Source: Rebecca billardiae RCC1528
Taxonomy: Eukaryota > Protista > Haptophyta
Direction of reading: 5' to 3'
DNA length: 64,000 nt
NCBI GenBank assembly: GCA_965240325.2
Contig: OZ251222.1
Span: 4,712,001-4,776,000, forward strand
Shown here: piece after piece, positions 33,709 through 46,000 of the stretch
How the letters are laid out: every line of letters starts with the position of its first letter
Position numbering within the stretch: position 1 is the stretch's first letter
Position numbers and translations under genes: made by a program
Notes under the pieces: generated by a model
What the model was told of the DNA's origin: nothing
Databases searched by the model: none
Seen by the model: only the letters and a program-made list of their open reading frames with translations

Positions 33709-35158
33709 ATGGCTTCGCTCGTGCTCGAGCTGCACGAGCAGGGTACGCGCGCGTGGATCAACGCGCAGCTGGCCCAGATGGACGGCGGCGCGCAGCACGC
33801 GGACGTGCAGCTGTACACGCTGCTGCGCAAGCTCGAGCTGCTCGCGGACGACATGGAGTCGAGCGTGCAGAGCACCAACGTGCAGCTCGTGCGCGCGATG
33901 CCGCAGGCCGTGCGCGACGTGGAGAGCCTGCAGGAGACCGCCGCCGAGCTGCGCGCCTCGCTCAGCGCCCTCTCCACCGAGCTGGCCGAGCTCGAGATCC
34001 AGTCGGACAGCTCGCTCGGGCTGCTCGTCGAGGTGCGCGCGAGGGAGAGAGGGAGGCGTCGCCGCCCCTCGCCCCGCCGCGCCGCCGCCGCGCCGCCGCC
34101 GCGGCGCGCGCGGCCCCTCGCCCCGCGGCCCACCACGCGGCCGCCGCCCCCGCGCCGCGCGCCCCCCGCCAGGCGGAGCACGTGAAGCGCCGGATGGGTC
34201 TGGTGAGCGAGACGCTCGAGCAGGCGCAGCACTTTGCGCACACGCTGGGCGCGGCGGAGGCGGCGCTCGAGGCGGGCGACGCGCCGGGCGCGGCGTCGCG
34301 GCTCGCCAAGTCGCGCGCGGGCCTCGGCTCGCTCGAGAGCGTGCCGCGCTTCCGCGACGCGCGCGCGCGCGTGGACGCGCTGAGCGCGCGGCTCGAGTCA
34401 TCGCTGCAGCCGCGGCTGGTGGGCGCAGTGCGCGAGCGGGATGCGGCGCTGGCGCGGGAGTGCGTGGGCGTGCTCGAGCAGCTCGGGCGCGCGGAGAGCG
34501 CGGCGGACGCGTTCGTCGCCACGCGGCAGGGCCCCCTCCTCGAGCGCTGGAACGCGCACGCGCACGCCTCCGAGGCCGGATTCGACGCGTGGCTGCCCTC
34601 GTTCCAAGCGGCCGTGCTGGCCGACGCGCGCGCGGACGCGGAGTGGGCGCGCGCGGCCGGCTTCAAGGGCGCGCGCGCGCTGGTCGGGCGCGCGCTGGTC
34701 GAGGCGCTCGGCGCGATCGCGGCGCAGTGCGCCGAGCGCCTCTGCGAGCTCGCGCGCGGCGCCGCCGCCGAGGGCGCCGCCGAGCCCGACGGCGGCCGCT
34801 GTGCGGACGGGCTGGAGCGCGTCGTGACGCTCGCGGCCGCGTCGCGCGCGTGGGGTGCGGAGCTGTCGCGCGCCGTGTGCGCCGACGGCGGCGGCGGCGG
34901 CGCGGGGTCGGACGGCGGCGGCGCGGGCGGGGCGGCCGAGCAGCTGCGCACCGCGCTCGCGCTCGCGTGCGACGCGCCGTGGGCGCGCGTGCGCGCGCGC
35001 TGGGCCGAGCTCGAGCAGCCCGTGCTGGCGGGCAGGCTGCGCGCGCTGCCGCTGCCGAGCGCCGGCGGCGCGGCCGCGCTCAGCGCCGCGCTCGCCGCCG
35101 CGCTGCCGCGCGCGCTCGCCGAGCTGGGCGGCGCGACGCGGCGCTGCGCCGCGCTGAG

Positions 35159-35190
<32 letters not shown>

Positions 35191-36212
35191 CCGCGCGCGC
35201 GATGCGCGCCGCCATCGCCGCCGCGCACCAGCACGAGCCGCCCGTGGGCGCGCAGCTGGGCGCCGCCCTCGGCCGCTGCTATGACGCGGCGGTGGCCGAG
35301 CGGTGCGATGCGCTGCTGGGCGCGCTGGCGAGCGCGCTCGGGCTCGAGGGCGCGGGCGGCGCGCCGGCGGGCGCGAGGGGGTGGGCGCACTTTGGCGACG
35401 TGATGCGCGCGCTGTGCGCGCTGCACGAGCACGCCGCACAGCTCGCCGCGCTCGCGCACGGCGCCGCGGCCGAGCTGGGCGCGCCCGCGCTGGGCGAGGC
35501 ACCGTGCGCGAGCGCGCGCGCGCTCGAGGCGCGCGCGCGCGCGCTCGCGCTCGGCAGCGCGTTCGCGCCGATCGAGGCGCGCATCGGCGAGGCGCGCGCG
35601 CTGGACGTGTGGTCCGCGCGCGGCGGCGCGTCCGCCTTCTCCGCCTCCGCGCTGCCGTACATGACCGCGATCGGCGAGCACCTGCTGCTGCTGCCCCAGG
35701 CACTTGAGCCCTACAGCGATCACGGCGCGCTGCGCCCTGCGCCGCCGGGGGGCCGAGCGCGCGCCGAGCGCGCGGAGGGCGGCGGGGGCGGCGCGGGCGC
35801 GGAGGGCGGCAGCGGTGCGGGCGCGGAGGGCGGCGCGGCCATCGTCGCGTGGCTCGAGCAGCTCTGCGCGCGCGCCGTCGACGCGCTGCTCGGCCTCGCG
35901 GCGGGGCTGCGCGAGCTCAGCCCCGCGGGCGAGCGCCAGCTGTGTGCCGACGCGGGCTACTTGCGCATGGTGGTGGCGAGCGGGCTCGGCCTCGACGCCG
36001 ACCCGCGGCTCGGCGAGCTCGAGCGCGCGCTCGGCGACGGCGGGCTCGAGCAGCAGTCGGCGCCGGGCGCGGGCCTACCCGCCGAGGTGGCGCGCGGTCT
36101 CGAGCGCGCGCGCCGCGCGCACGCCGACGCCGTCGGGCCAGCCGCGGCCGGGGGGCAGCGCGAGCCGGGCGGCGCGGGCGCCGCGGCGGGCTCGAGCGCG
36201 TTCGGCATCTGA
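33709..36212 (+). CDS. COG7: Conserved oligomeric Golgi complex subunit 7; intron 34033-34172
   Basis: RAWINAQL...KLELL...LVRAMPQAVRDVESL; C-terminal FSASALPYMTAIGEHLLLLPQALEP and QLCADAGYL. Confidence 0.85.
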
Positions 36213-37245
36213 GGGAGCCACCACCATCATGCTGCCGACGGTCGGCCGCAGGCCGCAAGCAGCCCGAGCCACGGCCGGCGCGCGCCGTGGTTGCCCACGG
36301 CCAGGCGGGCGCCGCCACCCAAGGCAGTGCTGCTCCCCCAAGTCCGCACTGACGACTCAGCGTCGCGCTCTGCCAGCCCCTGCTGGCATTCTGACAGCGG
36401 CGCGGCCCGGGATTCACATCCGGCGACTTGCTCTCCACAGGCGATAGGCAATGCTGCTGTATTTCTGGATCAGCGGAGTCCACTGGCGCGCCGGCCACGG
36501 CTAGACGAAGGACCGCCGGCGCAGGTGACTGCGGGAGTCGCCTGAAACACGGCAGTGACAGCGCGCTGCCCGGTCCCGGGGAGCCGGGAGGGCTGCAGGC
36601 TGCGTGCAGCCCATGAAGAAAAGTAGAAAACTGTGAGTGATCAGTCATCACCGGAAAACATATGGGGGTAAGGGTATCCCATATGGTGGTTAAAAAGTGA
36701 GTTCGCGGGAAAACTCGTCGCCATGTGACCTGGACGAAGCCGTGAAGCATTTTGTATCTCATCATTCATCATTTCGCTGATGAGTCATGAGTGTGGATAT
36801 CCACCCGGCCCTGGCCGGGTGGGCGATGAAGCAGCTTTTGATGATGACAAAATGGGTGGCGAACAATCCGGCGAGTATTCTGAATCTGACCATCAGGACG
36901 AGCCTGAAGTACACATACGTACTTCATCCCAGGTTTGGTCCCAGAATTCCAGAAAGTGTCGGCAGATTTGTATCTGTGTATCCATCATATCACTTTCAGA
37001 CTTTTACAGCCTGAAAGTACCAAAGTTAAGGCTGGAAATTCTTTCTGGGGACAGACCCTGAGATCCTCTGAATAAGGACTACTGAGGCCGGGTAGGATTG
37101 CTCGCGCGTCCACCAATGAGATTTGCGGATTGTAGTCCCAGACACGGTTTGGGGAATTGGGGTGGGCGTCCACGTTCGCCCTCCGAATTACGCCACTCAA
37201 CTCCCCGAAGGTCCCCCCCACTCCTCCCTCTCCGTCCCTCGGCTC

Positions 37246-37918
37246 ATGTCGCACTCCTCCTCCGACGACCAGCTCTCGCCGCGCTCGTCATCGACTGATG
37301 ACGAGTCGTCGACCGCGCAGATGGCGCTCGACCTCACCGCGCCGCCACCGGCCGCCCTCGGCGGCTCCCTCGGCCTCGACGCGCTCGTCTCCGACGGCTC
37401 GGCCTCGGAGTCGCGCGGCAACCCCGTCCGCCAGATGCCCGTCCTCCTGACGCAGGCGGAGGAGCGATCATTCACGTGCGAGGTCTGCCGCAAGTCGTTC
37501 AAGCGTGAGACCAACCTCATGTTCCACATGGCCACCCACCGCTCCCAGGGCGACGCGGCGTCGTGGAACGCGCCCGTCCAGTGCTCCGACTGCCCCAAGG
37601 TCTTCGCGACCAAGTACCAGGCGAAGAAGCACTACCTGCGCCGCCACTTCGAGGGCGAGAGGCGGTTCGCGTGCACGCGCTGCAACCTCAAGTCCTTCGC
37701 CGTCAAGGAGGACCTCACCACCCACCTCAAGACGTGCGGCCGCACGTTTGCGTGCGAGTGCGGCGCGCGCCCGCGCTCGCTCCTCGCGCTGAACAAGCAC
37801 TGCTCGCAGACGGGCCACACGCCGGCGGGCGGCAAGGCGGCGGCTTTGGCAGCCGCCGCCGCCGCCGAGGCCGCCGAGGCCGAGGCGAAGGCGAAGGCCG
37901 AGGCCAAGGCCGTCGCCT

Positions 37919-37953
<35 letters not shown>

Positions 37954-38136
37954 GCTCCGCCGCCGCCGCCCGCGCAGCTCACGCTCAAGCGGGCACGCAC
38001 GCCCTCGGACGAGGCGGCGGCGATGCTGACCGACGCCTTCTTCGCCGGCATCGACGCCGCGTCCCTCGTCAACTTCAACGACGGCCAGGCGAACGACGAT
38101 GACCTCATCGCCGCGATCACTCGCCTCGTCGAGTGA
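37246..38136 (+). CDS. C2H2 zinc-finger protein with a STOP1/WIP/IDD/ATMIN-like finger array
   Basis: CEVCRKSFKRETNLMFHMATH; KHYLRRH...CTRCNLKSFAVKEDLTTHLKTCG...CECG. Confidence 0.85.
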
Positions 38137-38239
38137 GCGCGCGGCCTCGCGCCGCTGTCGTCGCTCGCACACGCTGTCACGCACGCACACGCAACGCACA
38201 CCCTGCCGCACCACGCCAGCACGCCACGTGCACCCATCC

Positions 38240-38306
38240 TCGTCTTCGTCTCGCGTCTTTCTGTCTCGTCTCGTCTCGTCTCGTCCTGTCTCGCCTCGTC
38301 TCGTCT
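38240..38306. repeat. (GTCTC)n pentanucleotide microsatellite in the 3' region of the zinc-finger gene
   Basis: Directly visible. Confidence 0.85.
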
Positions 38307-39201
38307 TGTGAGCCCACTCTGCGCACACGGCCATGCACACCCGCTCTGAGTCTGAACTCTGAACTCTGAAGTCTGATCCGCCACTGAGCCCACTGATTGG
38401 CACTCGACCTTCGGTTCTGATGACTGACTGTTCAATGCTGCCACGGTGCCACCACTTCGGGCGACGCCGCCACCGTCACCGTGGCGGCGCCTGGCTGTCC
38501 GGACGAATAAGAGTAGACTCCAGCTTGACACGGAATTTGACAGCAGTCAGTCACGTCTGCACTGACTGCCGGCGGCCGCGGCGGCCCGGTCGCGGGCGCG
38601 CCACGCCGGCACGCCGCGACGCGGCACGCGGCCCACGCCCACGGCCAGTGACTGTGAGCCACGGGGCCACTTGGGCGCTGTCGCCGCGGTCAGGCAGCTG
38701 GCAGGGCCCGCCGAGTCAGCAGGGCACTCACCGTCAGTCACCGACACCGTGCCCTGCCCCTCGGGCTCGGACGCGGCTGCCGTCGAGTCGTATCAGTCTG
38801 CACTATCACTCGGGAGTGTCATCGGAATGATGAGTGACAGTCACGGTCGGACACCCGCGTCACAACCGTCCGCCGACTGAGTCATCTAGTGATACCCTGA
38901 GTCCACGCCGCCCGGCGCCCCGGGGGGCGGGGGGGGGCGCCCGGCGCCGCCGCTCCGACAGACCCGCAGACCGGACTGTTCTTTCTGGCGGTGCGCGTCA
39001 GCCGATGAACGGCGAACCGTACTGGGCCGGTCTTGCAGGCTGCTCGCTCTCGTACCACTGAGGACATCGGCTGCGCGCGCGGGCACGTTCGTCAGCGCAG
39101 CATGCACGCGCTGGCGCCCGCTCGCCGCGGCCCACGGTGCCCGCCAACCAGCCACCAGGCGACCACGGGCCGAGCGCACGCGCATCATTTTGCGGTCGCC
39201 A

Positions 39202-40158
39202 TCAAGCGATTGCTCCCTTCACGGCGTCGAGTGCGTCGACGAGCGCCAGCCGCTCCTCGTCGTCGAGCGGCGCGCCCGACCTCCACTTGGCGAGGAGCTC
39301 GAGGGCGCGCTTAGCGAAGACGTCGGCCTCGAGCTGCGCCTTGGCCGCGTCCAGGTCGCGTCTGAGCTGCTGCAGCTGCGAGCGCGACATGCCCGCTGCG
39401 CCGTACGCCGCCCACGTCGTGAGCGAGTCAATCAGGGCGGGGTCCGGGAACCCCGCCGGGTCGCCAGCCGGCGCGGCGACTGCCGCGGGGACGGGTGGCG
39501 CAGGGATGGCCGGGGCGGCGGGCGCGGCTGCGGCGGGGGCCGGCGGCGACGGCTGTGGGGCAGGCGCAGGCGGCTGCACGGGTGTCGGGGCGACGGCGAC
39601 AGGTGGCGGCGATGGCGGCGGAGCAGCTGGGGCTGGGGCGGGAGAGGGGGCGCCCGTGAGCCCGGCGAGCGCTGCGAAGCTGTCGGCGGCAATCATGCCA
39701 CCAACCTCCTCCACAGCGCCCGCAGGCGGGAGGGGGGCCGGCGCAGCAGGCGGCGGCGGCGGCGGCGGCGGTGGCAACTTCACAGCGTGCTGCGGCGCTG
39801 GAGGCGCCGGCGCTGCAGGCGGCGCGGGCGGCGGCGCGATCGCCGCGGCGGGAGCCGTGGGCGGCGGCGGCGGAAGCGGCGTCGGCGCGGCCGACGAGGC
39901 GTCGCCCGCCTTCGCCTCCGTCTTGCGGCTGCTCCACTCCTCGAGCATCTTCTTGGCGAGTGCGCGCCGGTCCTCGGGCGACATGCGCATGGCCTGGTCT
40001 CTCCGGTTGGCGAGCTCTTCGTCGGCGGACGCCCGGATGCGCGAGGCGCGCACGCGCGTGAGAGCGCCTGCCCGCGGCAGCGGCCGCGAGGGCAGCGCGG
40101 CCCGCGAGAGCGCGAGCGAGCCGATGATTGCAATCAGCACGGCACGCGCGACCTGCAT
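39202..40158 (-). CDS. Signal-peptide (possibly plastid-targeted) Pro/Ala-rich protein of unknown function
   Basis: MQVARAVLIAIIGSLALSRA signal, Arg-rich transit-like stretch, coding-like codon usage. Confidence 0.6.
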   Translation of the reverse strand: MQVARAVLIAIIGSLALSRAALPSRPLPRAGALTRVRASRIRASADEELANRRDQAMRMSPEDRRALAKKMLEEWSSRKTEAKAGDASSAAPTPLPPPPPTAPAAAIAPPPAPPAAPAPPAPQHAVKLPPPPPPPPPAAPAPLPPAGAVEEVGGMIAADSFAALAGLTGAPSPAPAPAAPPPSPPPVAVAPTPVQPPAPAPQPSPPAPAAAAPAAPAIPAPPVPAAVAAPAGDPAGFPDPALIDSLTTWAAYGAAGMSRSQLQQLRRDLDAAKAQLEADVFAKRALELLAKWRSGAPLDDEERLALVDALDAVKGAIA

Positions 40159-40690
40159 CGTGTGAGTGGCGACCCTCGCGTCTCGAGATCTGCTCGTCGT
40201 CTTCTCGACGTCGCAGCAGATTCACGCCCGCGGCCATCGCTCGCCCCGGACCGGATTGACGACTGTCTAAAAATCTGTGCTGGCGAAGCCTGCCGGCGCC
40301 GGCGGAGTACTACTACTACTTGCTACTGTTAGTACCTCTACTGAGACAACTGGACAGCCTGGCACGGCGCCGCGGCCGGGACCGCACCGGCGGCGGCAGC
40401 GGCCCGCGGCACCGACATTCGGTCGTGACGCGCGGCCGATCCCGCTTGCGCACCAACTGGCCGCGGCACAGTCGCACGAGCCGGCCCGGGACGCGCGGAT
40501 GTGCGGTCAGTGGTGCGGACCGGAACCGCGCGCGATGCGGTCCAACGCGGCTGCCCCGCGGCCCAACCGCCGACGATGCGCACACTTGGCTCGTCGTGGC
40601 TGGCCGGCTGCCAGCTGGCGTCGGCGTCGCCGGGCGCGGCCGCCCGCGCTCGCGAGTTGGCTGGGTGCGTGCGACACGCGCCGAGATGCG

Positions 40691-42420
40691 TCACAGGTTG
40701 CGGCCCTCGATCGAGATGCTCGCCGCCTGAGTTCGCCTGCCCGCCGCGCCCTTCGCGCGCTTGATCGCGAGCACCTTGCCCGTGAGCTTCCCCTTGGTGG
40801 ATTCCTTGTCGTACTTCTTGGAGGGCAGCGGCATCGCCGTGCTCTGCGGCATCAGCCGGAAGTCCATCGGCAGGGCGTCCGGGATGGTGGCGCGGTAGCG
40901 GAAGCCGGGCTCGCCCTCGGCCGCCTCGGTGCGGCTCGCGTCGAAGACGTCGCGCCCGCCCACGTCGTCCGCCGCCGCCGCCGCGCTCGAGGGTCCGGCG
41001 CCGTCGGCGTCCGCGTCGGCCGGCTCGGCGGCGGGCCGTGGCGCGGGCCGCTGCCCGGGCGCGCGCGGCTTAGCCAGCTTGGCCGTGTGCAGCGTGCCCA
41101 CCCCCTTCTTGTACACGGGGCGCATCCACTTCTCGATCAGCGCGACGCACATGCGCTTGTTGTCCGCGGACTCGTCCGAGTGCTTGGAGAGCAGCATCAC
41201 GTACTTGCCCACGCCGCTCGACTTGAGCCGCTCCTGCACGCGCACACAACGCGCACGGCGCGGCGCGCGCGCGCGAGCGAGGTGGCGTGAGCCGGGCGGC
41301 CGGCGGGCGAGGGACGGCGGCTGCCCTAGGTCTCCGCGCCCTCACCCTAACCTAGGCGGGCGAGGGACGGCGGCTGCCCTAGGTCTCCGCGCCCTCACCC
41401 TAACCTAGGCGGGCGAGGGACGGCGGCTGCGCCGTGCGGGCGCGCGGCACGGCCGGCCGCGCGCGGCGCGGCGCGCGCCTTGAAGACGTCGTCGCAGTCG
41501 AAGCGCATGAGCGAGCGCAGCACCGCGCCGCGCACGCTCTCGTTGGGCAGCGTGCCGTCTGACAGCGGCGCGAGCCACTTGGCGAGCGAGCGCAGCGCGC
41601 CGTTGTCGAGCAGAAACTCGTGCAGAAATTCCTTCTGCAGGGTGCTCTCCATCTCGGCCTTGAACGCGACCTGCGGGGGCGGCGCGCGCGTGAGCGGGCG
41701 GCGCGCGGGCGCGCGCGCGCGCGCGCCCGCGCCGCGCCGCGCGCACCTTGCGCACGGCGGGCTTGCGCTCCCGGTGCGCCTCGAAGTCCGAGGCGGCCGC
41801 GTCGTCCATGGCGCGCAGGAAGTGGACGACAGTCGCGACCACCTCCTCCTGCGGCCGCTCGACCTTCTTGCGCCGCGACTTGATGCGCTCGAGCATCGCG
41901 TCGAAGTCGGACTTCGAGCCCGCCTCCACCGCCTGCGGCGCCTCGTGGCTGTCGTCGTCCTCCTCCTCGCCGCCGCCGCCGCCGCCGCCGCCGCCTTCGC
42001 CGCCTTCGCCGCCCGCCGCGTCCGCGTCCGCGTCCGGCGCGCCCGGCATGCCCTCGCCCGCCTCGGCGGCGATGGCCGAGCGCCGCTTGGCGGGGCGGCG
42101 GCGCGCGGCGCCGTCGGCGTCGTCGTCGGCGCCGCCCTTGGCGCGCCGCTTCCGCTTCTTCTCGCCGCCCTCGCCCTCCTCCGCGTCGCGCTTGCGCCGG
42201 CGCTTCTTCTTGGGCTTGGAACCGTCCGCGCCGTCGGCGTCCGCGTCCGCGTCCGCGCCCTCCTCGCCCTCGGCGCTGCGCTTCTTCTTCTTCTTCTTGC
42301 GCTTCTTCTTCTTGCCCTCGCCGTCCGCGCCCGCCGCCGGGTCGTAGTCGTCGTCCTCCGCGTCCGCCCCGTCAGCAGCGTCGGCGTGCTGCGTGAACTC
42401 GCCGTCCGCGTCGCCGCCAT

Positions 42421-42452
<32 letters not shown>

Positions 42453-42826
42453 CCACCGCCGGCCGCATCGCTCGTCTTGCGCAGACGCGAGGGGCGGGGC
42501 TGCGCGTCCTCGCTGCTCTCGTCGGCACCCGGCTCGTCGCCATCGCCCACCGCCTCGGCGCCCTCGCCGGCGTCGCTCTCGTCCCCACCGGCCGCGGCGG
42601 CCGCCCCGGCGCGCGCTTTGCCCCGGCGCGGGATGAAGTCGGACTCGTCGTCGTCGTCGTCGTCGACGTCGTTGTCGTCCTCGCCGGCCGCGGCGGGCCC
42701 GTCGTCGCCAGCCTCAGCGGCATCGTCCACGGCGCCGCCGTCCGCACCACCGTCCGCGCCGCTGGCGTCCTCGCCCGCGTCCTCCGCGTCCGCCCCCGCG
42801 TCCGGCTCGTCGTGTTCGTCCTCCAT
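40691..42826 (-). CDS. IWS1: Transcription elongation factor IWS1/Spn1; introns 41671-41746 (GT-AG) and 41234-41478 (GC-AG)
   Basis: Acidic N-terminus; WLAPLSDGTLPN; LKSSGVGKYVMLL...LIEKWMRPV (TFIIS N-terminal-like domain); C-terminal ISIEGR. Confidence 0.9.
41302..41430. repeat. Intronic tandem repeat with a 53-bp unit (~2.4 copies) containing telomere-like CCCTCACCCTAACCTA
   Basis: Units start at 41302, 41355 and 41408. Confidence 0.9.
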
Positions 42827-43048
42827 CTTGGGGCGCCCTCCCCCAGCGCGCGCGCGCGGCGCGCCTCGCGGCCGCCCGCCCCGGTTGCGCTGCGGCGCCC
42901 TCGCGAGACGCGAGTCGCATCAGCTCTGCGTGCGAGACGGCGAGAGCCTGCGCGTGCTCGTCGCGGGCGAGCAAGCCAGCCCGCGCGGGAGCGCCGGCTC
43001 GTGGCCGGGCAGGGCGCGTAAGCGCGCGGCCCGCTCCCGCGACGCGCC

Positions 43049-46000
43049 ATGTCAATCCTCATCCCGATCTACGACTCGAACGGCTCCGAGGCGCTCGAGC
43101 TGCCCGTCGACGCTCTGCCGGAGGACGCGTATGAGCTGGTCAGCATCCTGCAGCGCGAGACGGCGCCGCCCGCGCTGTGGATGCAGTGCGCGCTGGCGTA
43201 CTACGCGCAGGGGCGGGGTGAGCAGTTCAAGGCCGTGTGCGAGTCCGGCGCCGACATCCCGGAGGACCTCTTCCCCGACACGCGCGCCGAGCGCGTCGGG
43301 CTCGTGACGGCGCTCGCCGGGTACCACGTCAACCTGGGCGCGTCCACGTCGGACAAGAAGGCGCGGAAGCAGCACTTCGACGCGGCGGCGCAGCACTACT
43401 CGCGGGCGGACACGATCGACATCGGCGACCACCGCATCTGGCTCGGCCGCGGCTTCCTCAACCTGCACCGCGGCGAGCCGGCCAAGGCGCGGCACAACTT
43501 TGAGCAGGCGCTGCGCTCGCGCCCGCTCGAGCCGCTCGCGCTGCTCGGCAAGGCGTGCGTGTGCTACGCGTCGGGCGCGTACCTGGAGGCGCTGCGGCTG
43601 TTCCAGCAGCTCATGACCGTGTGCGCCGCGCCGCCCGCCGGCGTGCGCGTCGGCCTCGGCCTGTGCTACGCGCAGCTGAAGCAGCCGGCGCGCGCGCGCG
43701 CGTGCTTTGAGCGCGCGCTCGAGCTCGACCCGGCGGACGCGCAGGCGGCGCTGGCGCTGGCGCTGGCGGAGCTGAACGAGGGGTGCGGCGCGGGCGGCGC
43801 GTCGGTGCGCTCGGCGGTCGAGCGCCTCGGCGCGCTGCACCGCGCCGACCCCGCCAACCCCAACGTCCTCAACCAGCTCGCCAACCACTTCTTCTACCGC
43901 AAGGAGTTTGACCGCGTCGAGCGGCTCGCGCGGCAGGCGTACCAGGTGACCGGCAACGCGCGCGTGCGCGCCGAGTCGTTCTTCCACCTGGGGCGGGTGC
44001 ACCAGGTGCGCGGCAACGTGGCCGGGGCGCGCCAGTTCTACTCCGAGTCGGCGAAGCACGCGCCCGCCTTCATGCTCGCGCACTACGGCCTCGGGCAGAT
44101 GCACATGCGCGCGGGCGACGCGCGCGCGGCCGCGGACGCGCTCGCGCGCGTCGCCAAGGCGCACCCCAAGGCGCCCGAGCCGCTGCGCGCGCTGGGCGCG
44201 CTGCACGTCGAGGCGAGGCAGCTGGCGGACGCGCAGCGCGTGCTCGAGCGCCTCGTCGCCCTCGACGACGCCGACCCGCACGCCTGGGCCCTCCTCGCCG
44301 AGGTGCTCGTCCGAGCGCCCAACGCGGATGCGGACGTGCTCGGGCGCGCGCTCGGCGCGCTCGCGGCCGCGGTCGACGCGCACCGACAGCGGCGCGAGCC
44401 GACGCCGGCGGCGCTGTGGAACAACATCGGCGTGATCCGCGCGCGGCTGGGGCAGCCCGCCGACGCGGAGGACGCGCTGCAGCGCGCGCTCAAGCTCGCC
44501 GCGCCGCCGCCGCCGCCGCCCGCCGACGCGTCCTCGCCGCCGCCGCCGCCGCCGCCGCCGCTCGGCGCGCCCGCACAGGTGACCACCACGTACAACCTCG
44601 CGCGGCTGCGCGAGCGGCGGCGCGAGTTCGGCGCGGCGGAGGAGCTGTACCGCGCGATCGCGCGCGCGCACCCCACCTACGCCGACGCATTCATCGGCCT
44701 CGCCTCGTGCGCGCTCGCGCGCGGCGAGCGCGCCGAGGCCGAGGCGCGTCTGCGGCAGGCGAGCGCGCTGCAGCCGACGCACGCGGACACGCGATGTGCG
44801 CTCGGCCGGCTGCACGCCGACGTGCGCGAGTGGCACCGCGCGAAGCAGGCGTTCGACTCGGTGCTGCGCGAGGGCTCGGCGGACGACCGGCGCGACGCGT
44901 ACGCCATGATCTCCGTCGCCAACATCTACGCCGCCACCGCCTCCAAGGCGGACGACGCGGACGCGCGCCGCGCGGGCCGTCCGACTAAGCTGGAGCGAGC
45001 GCTTGAGCTCTACCTCAAGGTGCTGGGCAGGGAGCCGACCAACCTGTACGCCGCGCAGGGCGTGGGCGTGGTGCTCGCGGAGAAGGGGTACCTGCAGGAG
45101 GTGCGCGCGCACGCCCGCCGCGGCCGCGCCGCGCCGCCGCCGCCACGCGCCCATCGGCCGCCCACCGCGCGCGCCGCCTCCGCGCCCTCCGCCTCCGCCT
45201 CCGCGCCCTCCGCAGGCCAAGGAGGTGTTCACGCTCGTGCTCGAGGCCGGCGGAGACTCGGACAAGACCGCGGCCTCGGCGAACCTGGCGCACATGCTGA
45301 TGATCGAGCAGCGGTGCGCGCGGATCCGCGCGCGCCGCCGAGGGGCGCCGCCGCGCGCGCCGCCCCGCGCGCCGCCGTGCGCGCGCGCTCACGCGCGCGC
45401 GCGCCGCGTCGGCGCGCTGCGCCGCCCTCGCCCCGCACCAGCCCGGTGCTCGCGATCAAGCTGTACGAGAACAGCCTGCAGCGCGCGGCCGCGCACGGCG
45501 CGGGCACCGGCGGCAACTCCGACGCCGAGCTCGCGCTGCGCGTGCAGCTCGCCCACGCGCAGTACCGCGCGGGCCAGTTCACCGCCTGTCGGCGCACGCT
45601 CGGCCGCGCGCTGCGCGCGTGCCCGCAGCGCGCGCCGCTGTGGTATGACGGCGCGCTCGCGCTGTACCGGGCGGCGTCGGTGACGCACCGCGACGAGCGC
45701 GCGCAGGCGGACGCGCTGCGCACGGCGTCCGCGCAGGTGCAGCTCTCCGCGCGCATCCTCTCGCGCCTCGCGCAGGCGCGCTCGTCCGCGGCCGGCGGCG
45801 GCGCGGCCGCGGGCGAGTGGCGCGATCTCGACGCAATCTCGGCGGCGCACGCCAAGGCGTACGCGGCCAAGTGCGCCGAGCTGCGCGCGCCGCTGCGCGA
45901 GCGGTACAACGACGCGCAGGCGCGGCGGTCGGACGAGGAGGCGCGCGTCGCGCAGATCGCCGAGGCCCTCGAGTCGCAGCGCCGCGCCGAGTCCCGCGCC

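Noticed and set aside
45101-45441. Arg/Ala/Pro-rich insertion in CTR9 in the ORF track
   Set aside because: Explained by two introns (115+128 nt, total divisible by 3) around a short exon in another frame
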